In this document: positions 9,438 through 19,832 of the stretch, in pieces
Numbering within the stretch: the stretch's first letter is position 1
Layout of the letters: each line of letters starts with the position of its first letter
Source: Promethearchaeota archaeon
Lineage (GTDB): Archaea; Asgardarchaeota; Lokiarchaeia; Sigyniarchaeales; SOKP01
Assembly (NCBI GenBank): GCA_048941265.1
Contig: JBHLNT010000007.1
Span: forward strand, 12,433-76,432
DNA: 64,000 nt
Direction of reading: 5' to 3'
Notes under the pieces: model-generated
Seen by the model: only the letters and a program-made list of their open reading frames with translations
Told to the model about the DNA's origin: nothing
Database searches by the model: none
Position numbers and translations under genes: made by a program

Positions 9438-10439
9438 GTGAAAAAAATTACAACTATAAAAATTAATGAACTTGCTCTAGACATTGTAAAAAGAATAATT
9501 AGCAATAAAGAGCTATACGGAGCTAAAGTGAATACCTTAAATAATGGATCTACCGTTGTAGATATGACAAATGCAGGATGGATTGGCGGAAAATTTGTCG
9601 GTGAAATTTGTATGGGGGGGTTAGGTACTGTAGATTTTGCAAGTTATCATATTGACAATCATTATTTACCCTCTGTTACAGTACATACTTCTCATCCTAT
9701 AATTTCTTGTTTGGCTTCTCAATTGGCGGGTTGGAGTGTTAAATTAAAAAAAGAAGTTGAAAAAGATGGAAATATAAAAAAAAAGGTAGTTTTTCAATCT
9801 TTAGGTTCTGGACCAGCGAGAGCTAAAAGTAAAAGTGAAAAGTTATTTGAAGAAATCAATTATACAGATGATTCAGACTGTGCTGTTATTGTATTCGAAA
9901 CACGCACTATGCCAAATGAAGAAGTAATGGCAATTGTAGCCGATAAATGCAAAATCGCAGTGGAAAAAACTTATGCAATATGTGCACCCACCGCATGTTT
10001 AGTAGGTTCAATTCAAGTTGCCGCGCGTATTGTAGAAACAGGAATCCATAAATTACATGAAATTCATTTTCCACTTGAAGTTCTTCAAGAAGGTTTTGGA
10101 ACTGTACCAGTGGCTCCTGTGGCTAAAGATGATTTTGCTGCAATGGGACCTCCTAATGATGCTATGTTTGCTGCAGGTAACACTTTTTATACTATTAGAG
10201 CTGAAAAGGAGAAAGAGGCAGAATTATTTGAGCTATTAAAAAAGGCCCCGGCAAGTACTTCTTCTAGCTATGGACAACCCTTTAACGTAATTTTCAAAGA
10301 AGCCGAATATGATTTTTATAAAATCGATCCTGGTTTATTTGCTCCTGCAATTTATACTGTAAATAATATAAAAACTGGAAAGACAATTACGGTTGGACAA
10401 ATTAATCAAAATTTATTAAAAGAGTCCTTTAATTTGTAA
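9438..10439 (+). CDS. mch: Methenyl-H4MPT cyclohydrolase
   Basis: EICMGGLG, SQLAGW, GSGPARA, GSIQVAARIVETG, DFYKIDPGLFAPA. Confidence 0.94.
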   Translation: MKKITTIKINELALDIVKRIISNKELYGAKVNTLNNGSTVVDMTNAGWIGGKFVGEICMGGLGTVDFASYHIDNHYLPSVTVHTSHPIISCLASQLAGWSVKLKKEVEKDGNIKKKVVFQSLGSGPARAKSKSEKLFEEINYTDDSDCAVIVFETRTMPNEEVMAIVADKCKIAVEKTYAICAPTACLVGSIQVAARIVETGIHKLHEIHFPLEVLQEGFGTVPVAPVAKDDFAAMGPPNDAMFAAGNTFYTIRAEKEKEAELFELLKKAPASTSSSYGQPFNVIFKEAEYDFYKIDPGLFAPAIYTVNNIKTGKTITVGQINQNLLKESFNL

Positions 10440-10518
10440 TTCAAGATAATTATATTAACAAATTTATTTTTTAAAGAATTTTTTTTATACAAATAATCTT
10501 TTACTTATTGATTAATTT

Positions 10519-11856
10519 TTAAATATTTGTTAATTCTTCTTGGTATTTTAAAATTTCAGCTATGCTGACATCCCTATCAAATTCAATCTTTTGAGAGATT
10601 CCTAAATATGCACAAGCAAGATTAGCCGCTGCTGCTATTTCTGCTTTTTTCAGAGAAGTTGAATATTCATCTCCAGGTTCATTTATTTTTTCTCTTAAGG
10701 CTGATAATTTTTCTAAAATTTTTCTTTTCTCTTGTTCTAAATGTAGTTTTTGATCGTTTAAAGAATCAATTTCAATATATATTTTCCTTGTTGGTTTAAG
10801 TTGTTGTTTTCTTTTCAACTCATTTATTTTCTCCATTATACTAATTCGTTCTTCTTCAATTTGAGATTTACGTTCTTGTTCTAATTGATACTGATGTTCA
10901 TGTTCTTCTTGAAGTTGAGTTACTCTTTCTGTTTTCATTTTAAATAATAATGAGGCCATTTTATCTGCAACAATAAACGGTAACTGGTTTTTCATTACTA
11001 ATCTTGTTATATTATTTACGTCAAAATAGTTTAAATTTTTATATTTTGACCTTAAATAATTTTTAAGGTTATCAGTATTTCTTTCGCACTCAATTTGAGT
11101 CCAATCATGGATTGCTAATCTTCTCCTGAAAAAAATCATTTCCCAATCTATTTCAAGTTCTTTTAACAGTTCAAAAATTTTGTCATCGTCCGCTGTTTTT
11201 GATTCTATGGTAATATACAATTGAAGGCCATAATACTTATGCTCTTGCTGGAGAAAATAGCCTCTCTGCTGCATAGATGCTAGAATTTTAAGTTTTATTG
11301 AAAATATATTATCTGAAATATTTTTTCTTCCACAATTTAAATAAATTACATTTCCCTCTTCATTAACATATTCGCGATCTAAAAAACCCAGTATACTCTC
11401 ATCATTTTCTTTAATAAAATCTATTAAACCACTTAGGGTGGGTTTAACATCAAACTTAACTAAATCTTTCTCATTTATTGTAACATAGTCGTTTTTACTG
11501 CCGCCTATCCCTAATTTGACACTATATAGATTCAAATCTTTGTCACTACCAAAAACATTTCTCAGTGCCTCGTTTATCGGAACTACTTCTTCTTCAATAA
11601 TTTTAATATCGGCCATAGAAGACTCATATGGCTCGGGATCATTTAAGAATTTATTTAACAGGGGAGCCTCAGATGCATCAACTTCTATATCATATTCCTT
11701 AGCAAGATTTTTTCGAATGATACAAAGAGCTCTTTCACCCTTTTTATACATTGATAAAGAAGTGCTATCATTAACAACTGCCCTAAAACCATCACTGTCT
11801 TTACTCTCGGTACTATCTGATCTAGTTCTTCTTCTTCTCATCAAATATAAACTCAT
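10519..11856 (-). CDS. Hypothetical protein with Arg-rich N-terminus and C-terminal coiled coil
   Basis: 445-aa ORF with an E/K/Q-rich heptad region; no family recognised. Confidence 0.65.
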   Translation of the reverse strand: MSLYLMRRRRTRSDSTESKDSDGFRAVVNDSTSLSMYKKGERALCIIRKNLAKEYDIEVDASEAPLLNKFLNDPEPYESSMADIKIIEEEVVPINEALRNVFGSDKDLNLYSVKLGIGGSKNDYVTINEKDLVKFDVKPTLSGLIDFIKENDESILGFLDREYVNEEGNVIYLNCGRKNISDNIFSIKLKILASMQQRGYFLQQEHKYYGLQLYITIESKTADDDKIFELLKELEIDWEMIFFRRRLAIHDWTQIECERNTDNLKNYLRSKYKNLNYFDVNNITRLVMKNQLPFIVADKMASLLFKMKTERVTQLQEEHEHQYQLEQERKSQIEEERISIMEKINELKRKQQLKPTRKIYIEIDSLNDQKLHLEQEKRKILEKLSALREKINEPGDEYSTSLKKAEIAAAANLACAYLGISQKIEFDRDVSIAEILKYQEELTNI

Positions 11857-12040
11857 TAAATATTTAAAATCATATCTAGCTAATTAAAATAAAAAAATTT
11901 TGTCTTAAATTCTTATCTAAAATATAATATAAATTTCTATATTAAAAGAGATTGGATTCTTAACCAATATAATAAGAGTTCTTAATATCTTATTAAATAG
12001 AATGTAATATTACGTATTAAAATTAGGTTTGTAACCTTTA

Positions 12041-12211
12041 TCATTCTTCTAAAATAAAATCCTCTCCCCTCTTGATATATACGATGGTAGAACCAAAATT
12101 ATTACGGACGGTATATTTTTCCCCTTGAACTTCTACAAGCTCGATAGAATACGGTAATCTTCTCTTTTTAATTATCTCTTCTATAATTTTTTTATCTTCT
12201 TCTGGCTTCAT
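12041..12211 (-). CDS. Small hypothetical protein (56 aa), below the ORF-track cutoff
   Basis: Manual translation from ATG to TGA: MKPEEDKKIIEEIIKKRRLPYSIELVEVQGEKYTVRNNFGSTIVYIKRGEDFILEE. Confidence 0.65.
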   Translation of the reverse strand: MKPEEDKKIIEEIIKKRRLPYSIELVEVQGEKYTVRNNFGSTIVYIKRGEDFILEE

Positions 12212-12345
12212 TTCAAATATTCTCTGTTTAATGATTATTATAAATAATATATATAACCAAAAAAAATTTTGCTTTTAAACAAAAATTTAATAAAACCTAA
12301 GAATTAATTAATTATCATTATCAAATGCTTTCATTTAGTGACTAA

Positions 12346-13392
12346 ATGATGGTTGAAGAAATGCCAAAAGAGAAAAGATGGACTCTTATCATTCTTATCG
12401 GATGTTTGTCAATGTTTATGGCAGAAGTATTTGCTGGGGCTTCTCAACTTTGGTTTATTGACCCATGGTCTTTAATAGTTACTTATTGGCTTTACTTAGG
12501 ACACTTATTATTATTTCTGAACTTAGCTTTTCGCACTAAACGTACCTCGATACCACAATTATATCTATGGGGCGTATTATTTGGTCTATATGAATCTTGG
12601 ATCACTAAAGTACTGTGGTTTGGGTATCCTGGAGCTGAAGGTCCCGCAATGGGTTTGGTTGGAGGAATTGCCATTTTAGAGTTTTTTACCTTAGTTTTTT
12701 TCTGGCATCCAATTCTCGCATTTGTAATGCCCATTCTTGTATTTGAGGCTTTTGCGAAATCCCAAGATTCTGACCTTGTATTGGAAAGAAAAATATTCAT
12801 TAGCCATTTACCTTACTTGAATAAAAAAAAAAAGAAAACCCTCGTATTCTTAATATTTCTGATTTTGGCGGGTTCTGCCTTTCTTTCATTAAATACTGGA
12901 TATAATCTCCCTGTAGCGGCTTTAGCAATATTAGGAAGTATTGTTTTAATATTTTTATTTTATAAAATTTCGAGTAGAAGATGTTCAAATAATTTTTCTA
13001 TCTATACACTAAAATTAGGGAAAAAAGGCTTTAGTATTGTTATTATTTATCTATCATTATTGTATATCATAACTTTTTTCCTTCTACTTCCCGAAAGACT
13101 TCCTACATCTATAATACCCTATTTGATAATCATCGGATTTTATATATTTATAGGGGCTATACTTCGAATTAGCAAACCGATAGATGAGACAAAAATTGGA
13201 ATGAGAGAAGATATCGAAATCTATGATTCAAAGTTTTTTTTTAGATTTTTTGGGTTATTATTAATCTTAGTTATCATATTTTGTTTAATACCAATAATCG
13301 GTTTGATAGTTGCAATAATGATCTTTTTAAGTTTATTCATTATAGGACCAATAATTTTTGTAATATTTCTTATAAAAGCCCTTAAGAAATAG
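12346..13392 (+). CDS. Polytopic membrane protein of unknown function
   Basis: About 9-10 hydrophobic segments; LFGLYES-TKV motif. Confidence 0.75.
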   Translation: MMVEEMPKEKRWTLIILIGCLSMFMAEVFAGASQLWFIDPWSLIVTYWLYLGHLLLFLNLAFRTKRTSIPQLYLWGVLFGLYESWITKVLWFGYPGAEGPAMGLVGGIAILEFFTLVFFWHPILAFVMPILVFEAFAKSQDSDLVLERKIFISHLPYLNKKKKKTLVFLIFLILAGSAFLSLNTGYNLPVAALAILGSIVLIFLFYKISSRRCSNNFSIYTLKLGKKGFSIVIIYLSLLYIITFFLLLPERLPTSIIPYLIIIGFYIFIGAILRISKPIDETKIGMREDIEIYDSKFFFRFFGLLLILVIIFCLIPIIGLIVAIMIFLSLFIIGPIIFVIFLIKALKK

Positions 13393-13588
13393 TATAGAGA
13401 TATTATATTTTCTTTAATAAATTTTGGTCTACAATTTTTTTTAAAATAAAAATAAACTCTTGCTAGTAGAAATTGGAATTGTCTTATTAAAAAATTAAGA
13501 ATTTTTTATTAAAAGATAATTAATTTAAACAAATATTCATCTAATTAAAATAACACAAATTTTTCATTTTTATAAATGGGATATTTTT

Positions 13589-14827
13589 ATGGCCAAACAA
13601 GTACTCGACATTGGATTCTTTAGCATTATGTACAATCAGACCAATGGAACAGCCCATGCAGTAAGGTTTCTTTCAGAGGAAATCGCAAAATTAGGCCATA
13701 ACGTTCATGTTTTTGCTCCCAAAATTCAAAATGGCTATATTAAACCCAAAAATTTATACTTTCATGATGTAGGAGGGGGAACAGTCTCTTCCAAAACGGG
13801 ATTCGTTATAAGTGTACCAGTACATAAGTATTTTTTTTGCAAACATGATTATTTAGATATAGCACATATTCATACACATGCAACAATAGGGGGTCTGGCT
13901 ATAAACTGGGCTAAATATTTAGGAATCCCAATGGTTGGTACCCATAACAGTCCATTACAGTTTTACATGGCACAATATGTACCAGTTATAGGAAAACTTC
14001 TCACTAAATTCCCTTTGGCATGGAAATATGAGCGCCATATGCTTGAAAAATATGACTTAACTGCTGTTGCAACGAAATCCAAAAAAGAGTTATTATTGGA
14101 ACATTGGTTTAAAGAACCGATTATTACACTCTCAAATGGGGTTCATGATCTTTACTATCAAGAATTAAAGGAAAATGGAATACGAGATAAGTATGGATTA
14201 GGGGATAAAAAGGTGTTATTATACGCTTCTCGAATGTCTCCTGAAAAACATATGGTTAGCATTATTAGGAAATTTAAGTCTATTCATAAGATAGTACCAG
14301 ATTCCCATTTATTAATTGTAGGAAGCGAGGGACCATCATCTAAATTGTTAAAAAGCTTAGCAAATAAATTAGATTATGTTAGTTGTGCTGGAAGGGTTCC
14401 TTTTATTGATTTATTAAAGCTATTTAACACGGCTGACCTTTCCTGTCTTTGGTCATGGGTAGAAGCAGAAGGATTAGTATTGATTGAAGCAATGGCTCAA
14501 GGAACCCCAAATATTGGAGCAAATGGCTATGGGATTAGGGATGTAATTGTAAATGGAAAAACAGGATATCTTGCTAATAATCTTAATGAATTTAAAGATT
14601 GTGCCGTCAAATTGTTTAAAGACGACGATCTTAGAGCAGAATTTGGTAAGAATGCAAAATTAGCGGCTGAAAAATATAGAATCAGCAGGGTCGCTGAAAA
14701 TTGGATAAAACTCTATAAATTTGTTATAAATGATTTGTATCCTCTTCGATATCACGACGTAGAGAGGAAAAGACGTGTTGAATTGGTTAAAGAATTCATT
14801 TGTCAATTACCAAATGTAGGTTTTTAA
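13589..14827 (+). CDS. Glycosyltransferase family 4 (GT-B)
   Basis: HVFAP, HIHT, GTH, SRMSPEK, EAEGLVLIEAMAQG. Confidence 0.9.
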   Translation: MAKQVLDIGFFSIMYNQTNGTAHAVRFLSEEIAKLGHNVHVFAPKIQNGYIKPKNLYFHDVGGGTVSSKTGFVISVPVHKYFFCKHDYLDIAHIHTHATIGGLAINWAKYLGIPMVGTHNSPLQFYMAQYVPVIGKLLTKFPLAWKYERHMLEKYDLTAVATKSKKELLLEHWFKEPIITLSNGVHDLYYQELKENGIRDKYGLGDKKVLLYASRMSPEKHMVSIIRKFKSIHKIVPDSHLLIVGSEGPSSKLLKSLANKLDYVSCAGRVPFIDLLKLFNTADLSCLWSWVEAEGLVLIEAMAQGTPNIGANGYGIRDVIVNGKTGYLANNLNEFKDCAVKLFKDDDLRAEFGKNAKLAAEKYRISRVAENWIKLYKFVINDLYPLRYHDVERKRRVELVKEFICQLPNVGF

Positions 14828-14941
14828 ATTCTTTTATTTTAAATCTTAGTATAAATTTTACTTCATTAATTCATAGTTTTTATGCTATCTTTAATTTTAT
14901 AAGTTATATATCATATTTTAAAAACAAACTTATTTATTAAC

Positions 14942-15997
14942 ATGTCAGATGTCCCTAAAAATAGCGAAGAAATAAGTAAAGAACGTAAGAAATTAAGGAA
15001 GTCTATGGATGAATTAAAAGAGCAAGAAAAATTAGACAAAGAATTTATCCCACATTTTTTTCCAACTTATAGAATTTCCCGGAGACTATATCCACTCCCT
15101 ATAATTATAGTAGTTATATGTGCAGGTTTATTAGCTTATGCAACTTATGTAATGGCAGGGATCCAAATTGAGGGAGGTTATGTCTCAGAATCAGAATATG
15201 GCTTTGCAGCAGGATTAATAAATGGTTTAATTTTTACGGCAATGGCCGCGATTTCTTCATTTATTATTATTTTTGTAGTTAAAAGAAAAGGAATTGAAGT
15301 ATTAAAATATATTTTTGGGATCGTATTTGGCTTTATTATGTTTTTTTTAACTCTCTTTTTTGGTCAGATTTTGTTGTATTTGTTTTTCTATAATAAGCCC
15401 GAAACGGAAGCGGTGATAACTAGTTATTACATTAGCTATTATGTCCTTTTAATCGGAACAGGAGCCCTCACAATATTAATGATTTACAAATACTTTACTA
15501 CTTTTTCCTTACTTACAAAAAATTTGATTGTGTTATATCTTGGTTTATTAATTGGAGCTTTACTTGGAGTAATGATGCCTCTCTGGACCACTCTTGCAGT
15601 ATTAATTGGTATTTCATGCTGGGACATCTATGCAGTAAAGTCTAAAAGAGGTCCAATTAGAAATATGATTGATATTGCTTCTAAAGGAAATTTGGATGAA
15701 GATTTATCTGAGGAGGAATTAAAAGAAAAATTAAAAAGCGGGGAAATTGCCTATGATACTTCTAAATTAGAGATTGGAATAGGAGATTTAGCATTCTATA
15801 GTATGCTTACCACCAGTGCTCTAATAATCACAGAATATTTAATTGTTATGATTCTCACATCAATAGCTATTATAATTGGAACAGGAATAACCATTCAAGG
15901 TCTTAAAAAAAATAAAATCCTGCCTGGACTTCCCATCTCAATTTTCTTAGGAATCGGTACTATGTTAATCTCATGGTATCTGATTAGTCTCATTTAA
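14942..15997 (+). CDS. Presenilin-like GxGD intramembrane aspartyl protease (A22)
   Basis: About 9 TM segments; WDIYAV..GPIR, IGIGDLAFYS, LPGLPISI. Confidence 0.9.
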   Translation: MSDVPKNSEEISKERKKLRKSMDELKEQEKLDKEFIPHFFPTYRISRRLYPLPIIIVVICAGLLAYATYVMAGIQIEGGYVSESEYGFAAGLINGLIFTAMAAISSFIIIFVVKRKGIEVLKYIFGIVFGFIMFFLTLFFGQILLYLFFYNKPETEAVITSYYISYYVLLIGTGALTILMIYKYFTTFSLLTKNLIVLYLGLLIGALLGVMMPLWTTLAVLIGISCWDIYAVKSKRGPIRNMIDIASKGNLDEDLSEEELKEKLKSGEIAYDTSKLEIGIGDLAFYSMLTTSALIITEYLIVMILTSIAIIIGTGITIQGLKKNKILPGLPISIFLGIGTMLISWYLISLI

Positions 15998-16220
15998 ATA
16001 CTTCTTTTTTTTTGGGTAAATACGGGATATTAATCTATTTAGGATAGAACAATTAACATAATGTTATAATTCTCAAAAGTTTTATTATCGAGCAAGTTCA
16101 GAATAATTTGGATATAAATTTCATTAATTTTACTTTCAAGAGCTTTAAATGTTGATTCAATATTAGATTTTTAAACTAAACTCAATTAAATTTTTAAAAT
16201 TTGCAAATTAATAATTAATT

Positions 16221-17405
16221 ATGGTTGATATAGATAAAATAAATAATATAACTGTTGTAGGATCCGGAGTTATGGGTCGGGAAATCGCTCAAGTTGCACT
16301 TATGGCTGGTTTTAAGAAGGTTACTTCATATAGTAGATCCCAAGAAACCCTCAATAAAGCAGTTAAATTTATAGAAGACGGCTTAAAGAAAATGAAATCA
16401 AAAAAAATGATCGCAGAGGGAACATCCATAGATTCACTAATGAAAAATCACTTTACAGAAAGAGATCTACAAAAAGCAGTTGAAGATGCTGATTTTGTGT
16501 TTGAATCTGTTCCAGAAGTTATGGAACTTAAGCAAGATATTTTTAATAAATTAGGAGAATATACGCCTAAACACACCATTCTCGCAACAAATACTTCTAC
16601 AATGAGTATTACAAAAATCGCAGAAAAATCAAATAGACCAGAAAAAGTAATTGGAATGCATTTCTTTACTCCTATTCCTGTATTGCGCCTAATTGAAATA
16701 ATCAAGGGAGAAAAAACTTCAGATGATACTGTTCAAACGGCTTTAGAGGTTGGAAAAAAGCTTCCTGCTTTAAGAGGTGAAAGATACCTCCCTGTGATTC
16801 AAAAAGAAACCCCTGGTTTTATTGTAAACCGGCTTGGTATTTGTGGTAGTCTTTATTTAAATTGGCTTTTAGATTATGCCACTGAAAATAATATTCCATT
16901 AGAACAAATAGATGCCGATTTAGGAAAAAGCTCAAATTTAGGAGTATTCGCAAGATGGGATTATTTTGGGCTGGATACTATTTATAACGTTGCAGTATAT
17001 TTTGCCGAAACTCTCTCTCCTGAGTTTGCACCTGGAAAAATTCTTACAAAACTCGTGAAAGAAGGAAATTTGGGAAAAAAGACGGGCAAAGGGCTTTATG
17101 AATGGAAAGATGGCAACCCAGTTTTAGATTGGTCTAAAAAGGCTAAACTTTTTGATATAGAACTTTCTATAGCAATTCAATTAAATGAAGCATGCCGCCT
17201 ATTAGAAGAAGGAGTAGTCTCAAGTTGCAAAATGATCGATGAGACTATGTTAGCAGGAATGGGTAGACCTGGACCCTTTGCGTTAGGTGTAAAAAATTAT
17301 AAAAAATGGACTAAATTTCTAGAAGATTTTTGTGAAAAAACTGGAATTGAATATCTTAAACCCTGTAAGCTCTTAAAATCTGGTGAATTCCTTAAAATGG
17401 AGTAA
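16221..17405 (+). CDS. 3-hydroxyacyl-CoA dehydrogenase (duplicated C-terminal domain)
   Basis: GSGVMG, ESVPE, TNTST, GMHFF, PGFIVNR, LGKKTGKG. Confidence 0.9.
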   Translation: MVDIDKINNITVVGSGVMGREIAQVALMAGFKKVTSYSRSQETLNKAVKFIEDGLKKMKSKKMIAEGTSIDSLMKNHFTERDLQKAVEDADFVFESVPEVMELKQDIFNKLGEYTPKHTILATNTSTMSITKIAEKSNRPEKVIGMHFFTPIPVLRLIEIIKGEKTSDDTVQTALEVGKKLPALRGERYLPVIQKETPGFIVNRLGICGSLYLNWLLDYATENNIPLEQIDADLGKSSNLGVFARWDYFGLDTIYNVAVYFAETLSPEFAPGKILTKLVKEGNLGKKTGKGLYEWKDGNPVLDWSKKAKLFDIELSIAIQLNEACRLLEEGVVSSCKMIDETMLAGMGRPGPFALGVKNYKKWTKFLEDFCEKTGIEYLKPCKLLKSGEFLKME

Positions 17406-17551
17406 TATTTACTTCCTTACTTTAAAATTTTTTATACTCTTTTCTAAATTTTTAAAAAATCCCTTAAAAAATATATTCATAATATTAATAGTTTATATCA
17501 TCACATGTGTTAACTTTAGAATAATGATTTATTTTCAGGTGAAAGCTAAAA

Positions 17552-18742
17552 ATGGTTGATATTAGTAATATCAAAAAGATTAGTGTAGTTGGAGCAGGAA
17601 TAATGGGTCAAGGGATTGCCCAGGTATCATTAATGGCTGGTTATAATGTTTCTTTAATTGATATTGATCAAAAATCGGTTGATAATGGTATTGCTAAAAT
17701 TAAAGAAGGACTAAAAAAAGTTGAAATTAAAGGAAAATTAGGAGAAGGGATTTCTACAGCAGATATAATGACAAAATGTAAAAAATCTATTGATCTAACA
17801 TCTGCAGTCAAAGAAGCGGATTTGGTTTTTGAAGCAGTTGTTGAAGATTTAGATGTTAAAAAAGATGTATGTAATATTGTCATGAATAATGCCCCTTCTC
17901 ACTGTATATTTGCCTCAAATACTTCTACATATTATATAACAGATATTGCAAAAGATTCAAAAACTCCTGAGCAAGTAATCGGAATGCACTTTTTCTTACC
18001 AGTTGTCCTTCAGTGCTGTGTTGAGGTGATGAAAGGTGAAAAAACCTCTGATGAAGCTTTAGATATTGGTGTAGCTATTGGTGAAAGGTTACCATGCCTT
18101 AAAGGAAGAAGACTTTCTGTCCGTATTGAAAAAGAAAGTCCGGGATTTATTGCTAATAGGTTGTTAATCCCACCAAATATTTATATTAATTGGATACTTG
18201 ATCATGCTTACGAAAGAGGTATCCCATGGGAACAAATTGATGCCGATGCTGGTGCAGGACAATTAATACCAATGGGGCCGTGCCAATTAATCGATTATCT
18301 CGGAGTAGATACTAATTACAATGTTTTAAAAAGTTATGAAAAGCATTTATCACCCGATTTCTCGCCAGGTAAAGTGATTACCAAATTAATGAAAGAAGGG
18401 AATTTAGGAAAAAAAACGGGAATGGGATTTTACAATTGGACAAAAGGAAGACCAAAATTAAATTTAACTAAAAAGGCTGGTTTATTTAATCCTGAAATCC
18501 TCATGGCTATCCAACTCAACGAGGGTTGTAGGTTATTGGAAGAAGGCGTAGTTTCAGGTTATAAAATAATTGATGATGTCATGTTAAAGGGAACAAACAT
18601 GCCTGGTCCGTTTAGTGCCGGTAAAAATAATTTTGAAAAATGGTCTAAATTATTGGAAGACATTGTAGAAAAAACAGGAAAAAAGTATTTAAAACCTTGC
18701 GAATTAATGAAAACTGGAGAATTTCGTAAAATGCGAAAATAA
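17552..18742 (+). CDS. 3-hydroxyacyl-CoA dehydrogenase, tandem paralog
   Basis: GAGIMG, EAVVE, SNTST, GMHFF, PGFIANR; collinear with the upstream gene. Confidence 0.9.
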   Translation: MVDISNIKKISVVGAGIMGQGIAQVSLMAGYNVSLIDIDQKSVDNGIAKIKEGLKKVEIKGKLGEGISTADIMTKCKKSIDLTSAVKEADLVFEAVVEDLDVKKDVCNIVMNNAPSHCIFASNTSTYYITDIAKDSKTPEQVIGMHFFLPVVLQCCVEVMKGEKTSDEALDIGVAIGERLPCLKGRRLSVRIEKESPGFIANRLLIPPNIYINWILDHAYERGIPWEQIDADAGAGQLIPMGPCQLIDYLGVDTNYNVLKSYEKHLSPDFSPGKVITKLMKEGNLGKKTGMGFYNWTKGRPKLNLTKKAGLFNPEILMAIQLNEGCRLLEEGVVSGYKIIDDVMLKGTNMPGPFSAGKNNFEKWSKLLEDIVEKTGKKYLKPCELMKTGEFRKMRK

Positions 18743-18801
18743 AACAATTAAAATATCAAAATATTTATTTTATTATTAAACGAATTCTATAATGAGAAAA
18801 G

Positions 18802-19095
18802 GTGGAAAGGAATATTCCTTTTGAAACTCAAGATAATTCACCAAAAACTGGATTTGAAAAAATATTAAATTTTTTCAATAAAGATCTTGAAATTAATCAT
18901 CCAATCGCCATTGCAGAGGTTGTAGATAAAACTGGTTTTTCTTGGAGTTTTGTTAAAAAGACTTTAAAAAAATTAAAAGAAGAAGAATATTGCGGTTTTC
19001 ATTTTGAAAAATCAGGTAATACGTGGATCGTTTGGAAAGATCGAGATAAAATTTTACCAAAAATGGATGATACTTGCTCTCGATTTTTAGAATAA
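18802..19095 (+). CDS. Small winged-HTH protein
   Basis: IAEVVDKTGFSWSFVKKTLKKL helix-turn-helix pattern plus beta wing. Confidence 0.6.
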   Translation: MERNIPFETQDNSPKTGFEKILNFFNKDLEINHPIAIAEVVDKTGFSWSFVKKTLKKLKEEEYCGFHFEKSGNTWIVWKDRDKILPKMDDTCSRFLE

Positions 19096-19133
19096 TGCAT
19101 TTTAAATTTAGAAACAAGATGATCTGAAACTAA

Positions 19134-19613
19134 ATGAATGATGATCTATATAAAGAAAAGATCTTTTTGAAAGCCACAACGATATCTCTTGCGATAGTTA
19201 CATTAATATTCCTATTATTATTAATTTCTGAAATTTTGTTTACTAAGAATATCTTTTTAACTGTGTTGGTCTTTTTTCTGTTCGTTGGATTCATACTACT
19301 CACATTTAATTTCAATACCCTAACCATAAGAATAAATCCACATTTTATAAAAATTGCTTATGGAATTTTTAATCGCACGACAAGTTGGGAAAATATCAGA
19401 GATTGTTATTTAGATAACGTCTCGAATTTACGCTATGGTGGCTTAGGTATACGATATGCGCGTGTTAAAGGCAAATGGAGAGTTATATACAATACATATA
19501 ATACAGCAAGAGTAGTACTTGTTTTAAGGAAAGGAAAAATTAAAGAAATTGTTTTTTCAACTAAGAATCCCGAAGAAGCTATGAAATTAATTAATCAACA
19601 AATCAGAAAATAA
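19134..19613 (+). CDS. Membrane protein with two TM helices and a bacterial PH-like domain
   Basis: TM hairpin, then LTIRI..IKIAYG, YGGLGIR, FSTKNPEE. Confidence 0.65.
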   Translation: MNDDLYKEKIFLKATTISLAIVTLIFLLLLISEILFTKNIFLTVLVFFLFVGFILLTFNFNTLTIRINPHFIKIAYGIFNRTTSWENIRDCYLDNVSNLRYGGLGIRYARVKGKWRVIYNTYNTARVVLVLRKGKIKEIVFSTKNPEEAMKLINQQIRK

Positions 19614-19832
19614 AATTATCACTTTAACTAATGTTTCCGAGCACTTGACAGTTTTTTTTCCATACAAATTATATAAATATTGATGCAGCTATGTAGGATT
19701 AATGAGTCCAGTGAAATTTTTGGAATAATGTAATTTAATTACTATTTTCGCAGTTATAACTCTAGTTTATGCTTTCCTTAAGCGATAAAATGCACTAAAA
19801 GTTTATAAATATAAATAGCATATTCAAAAATT

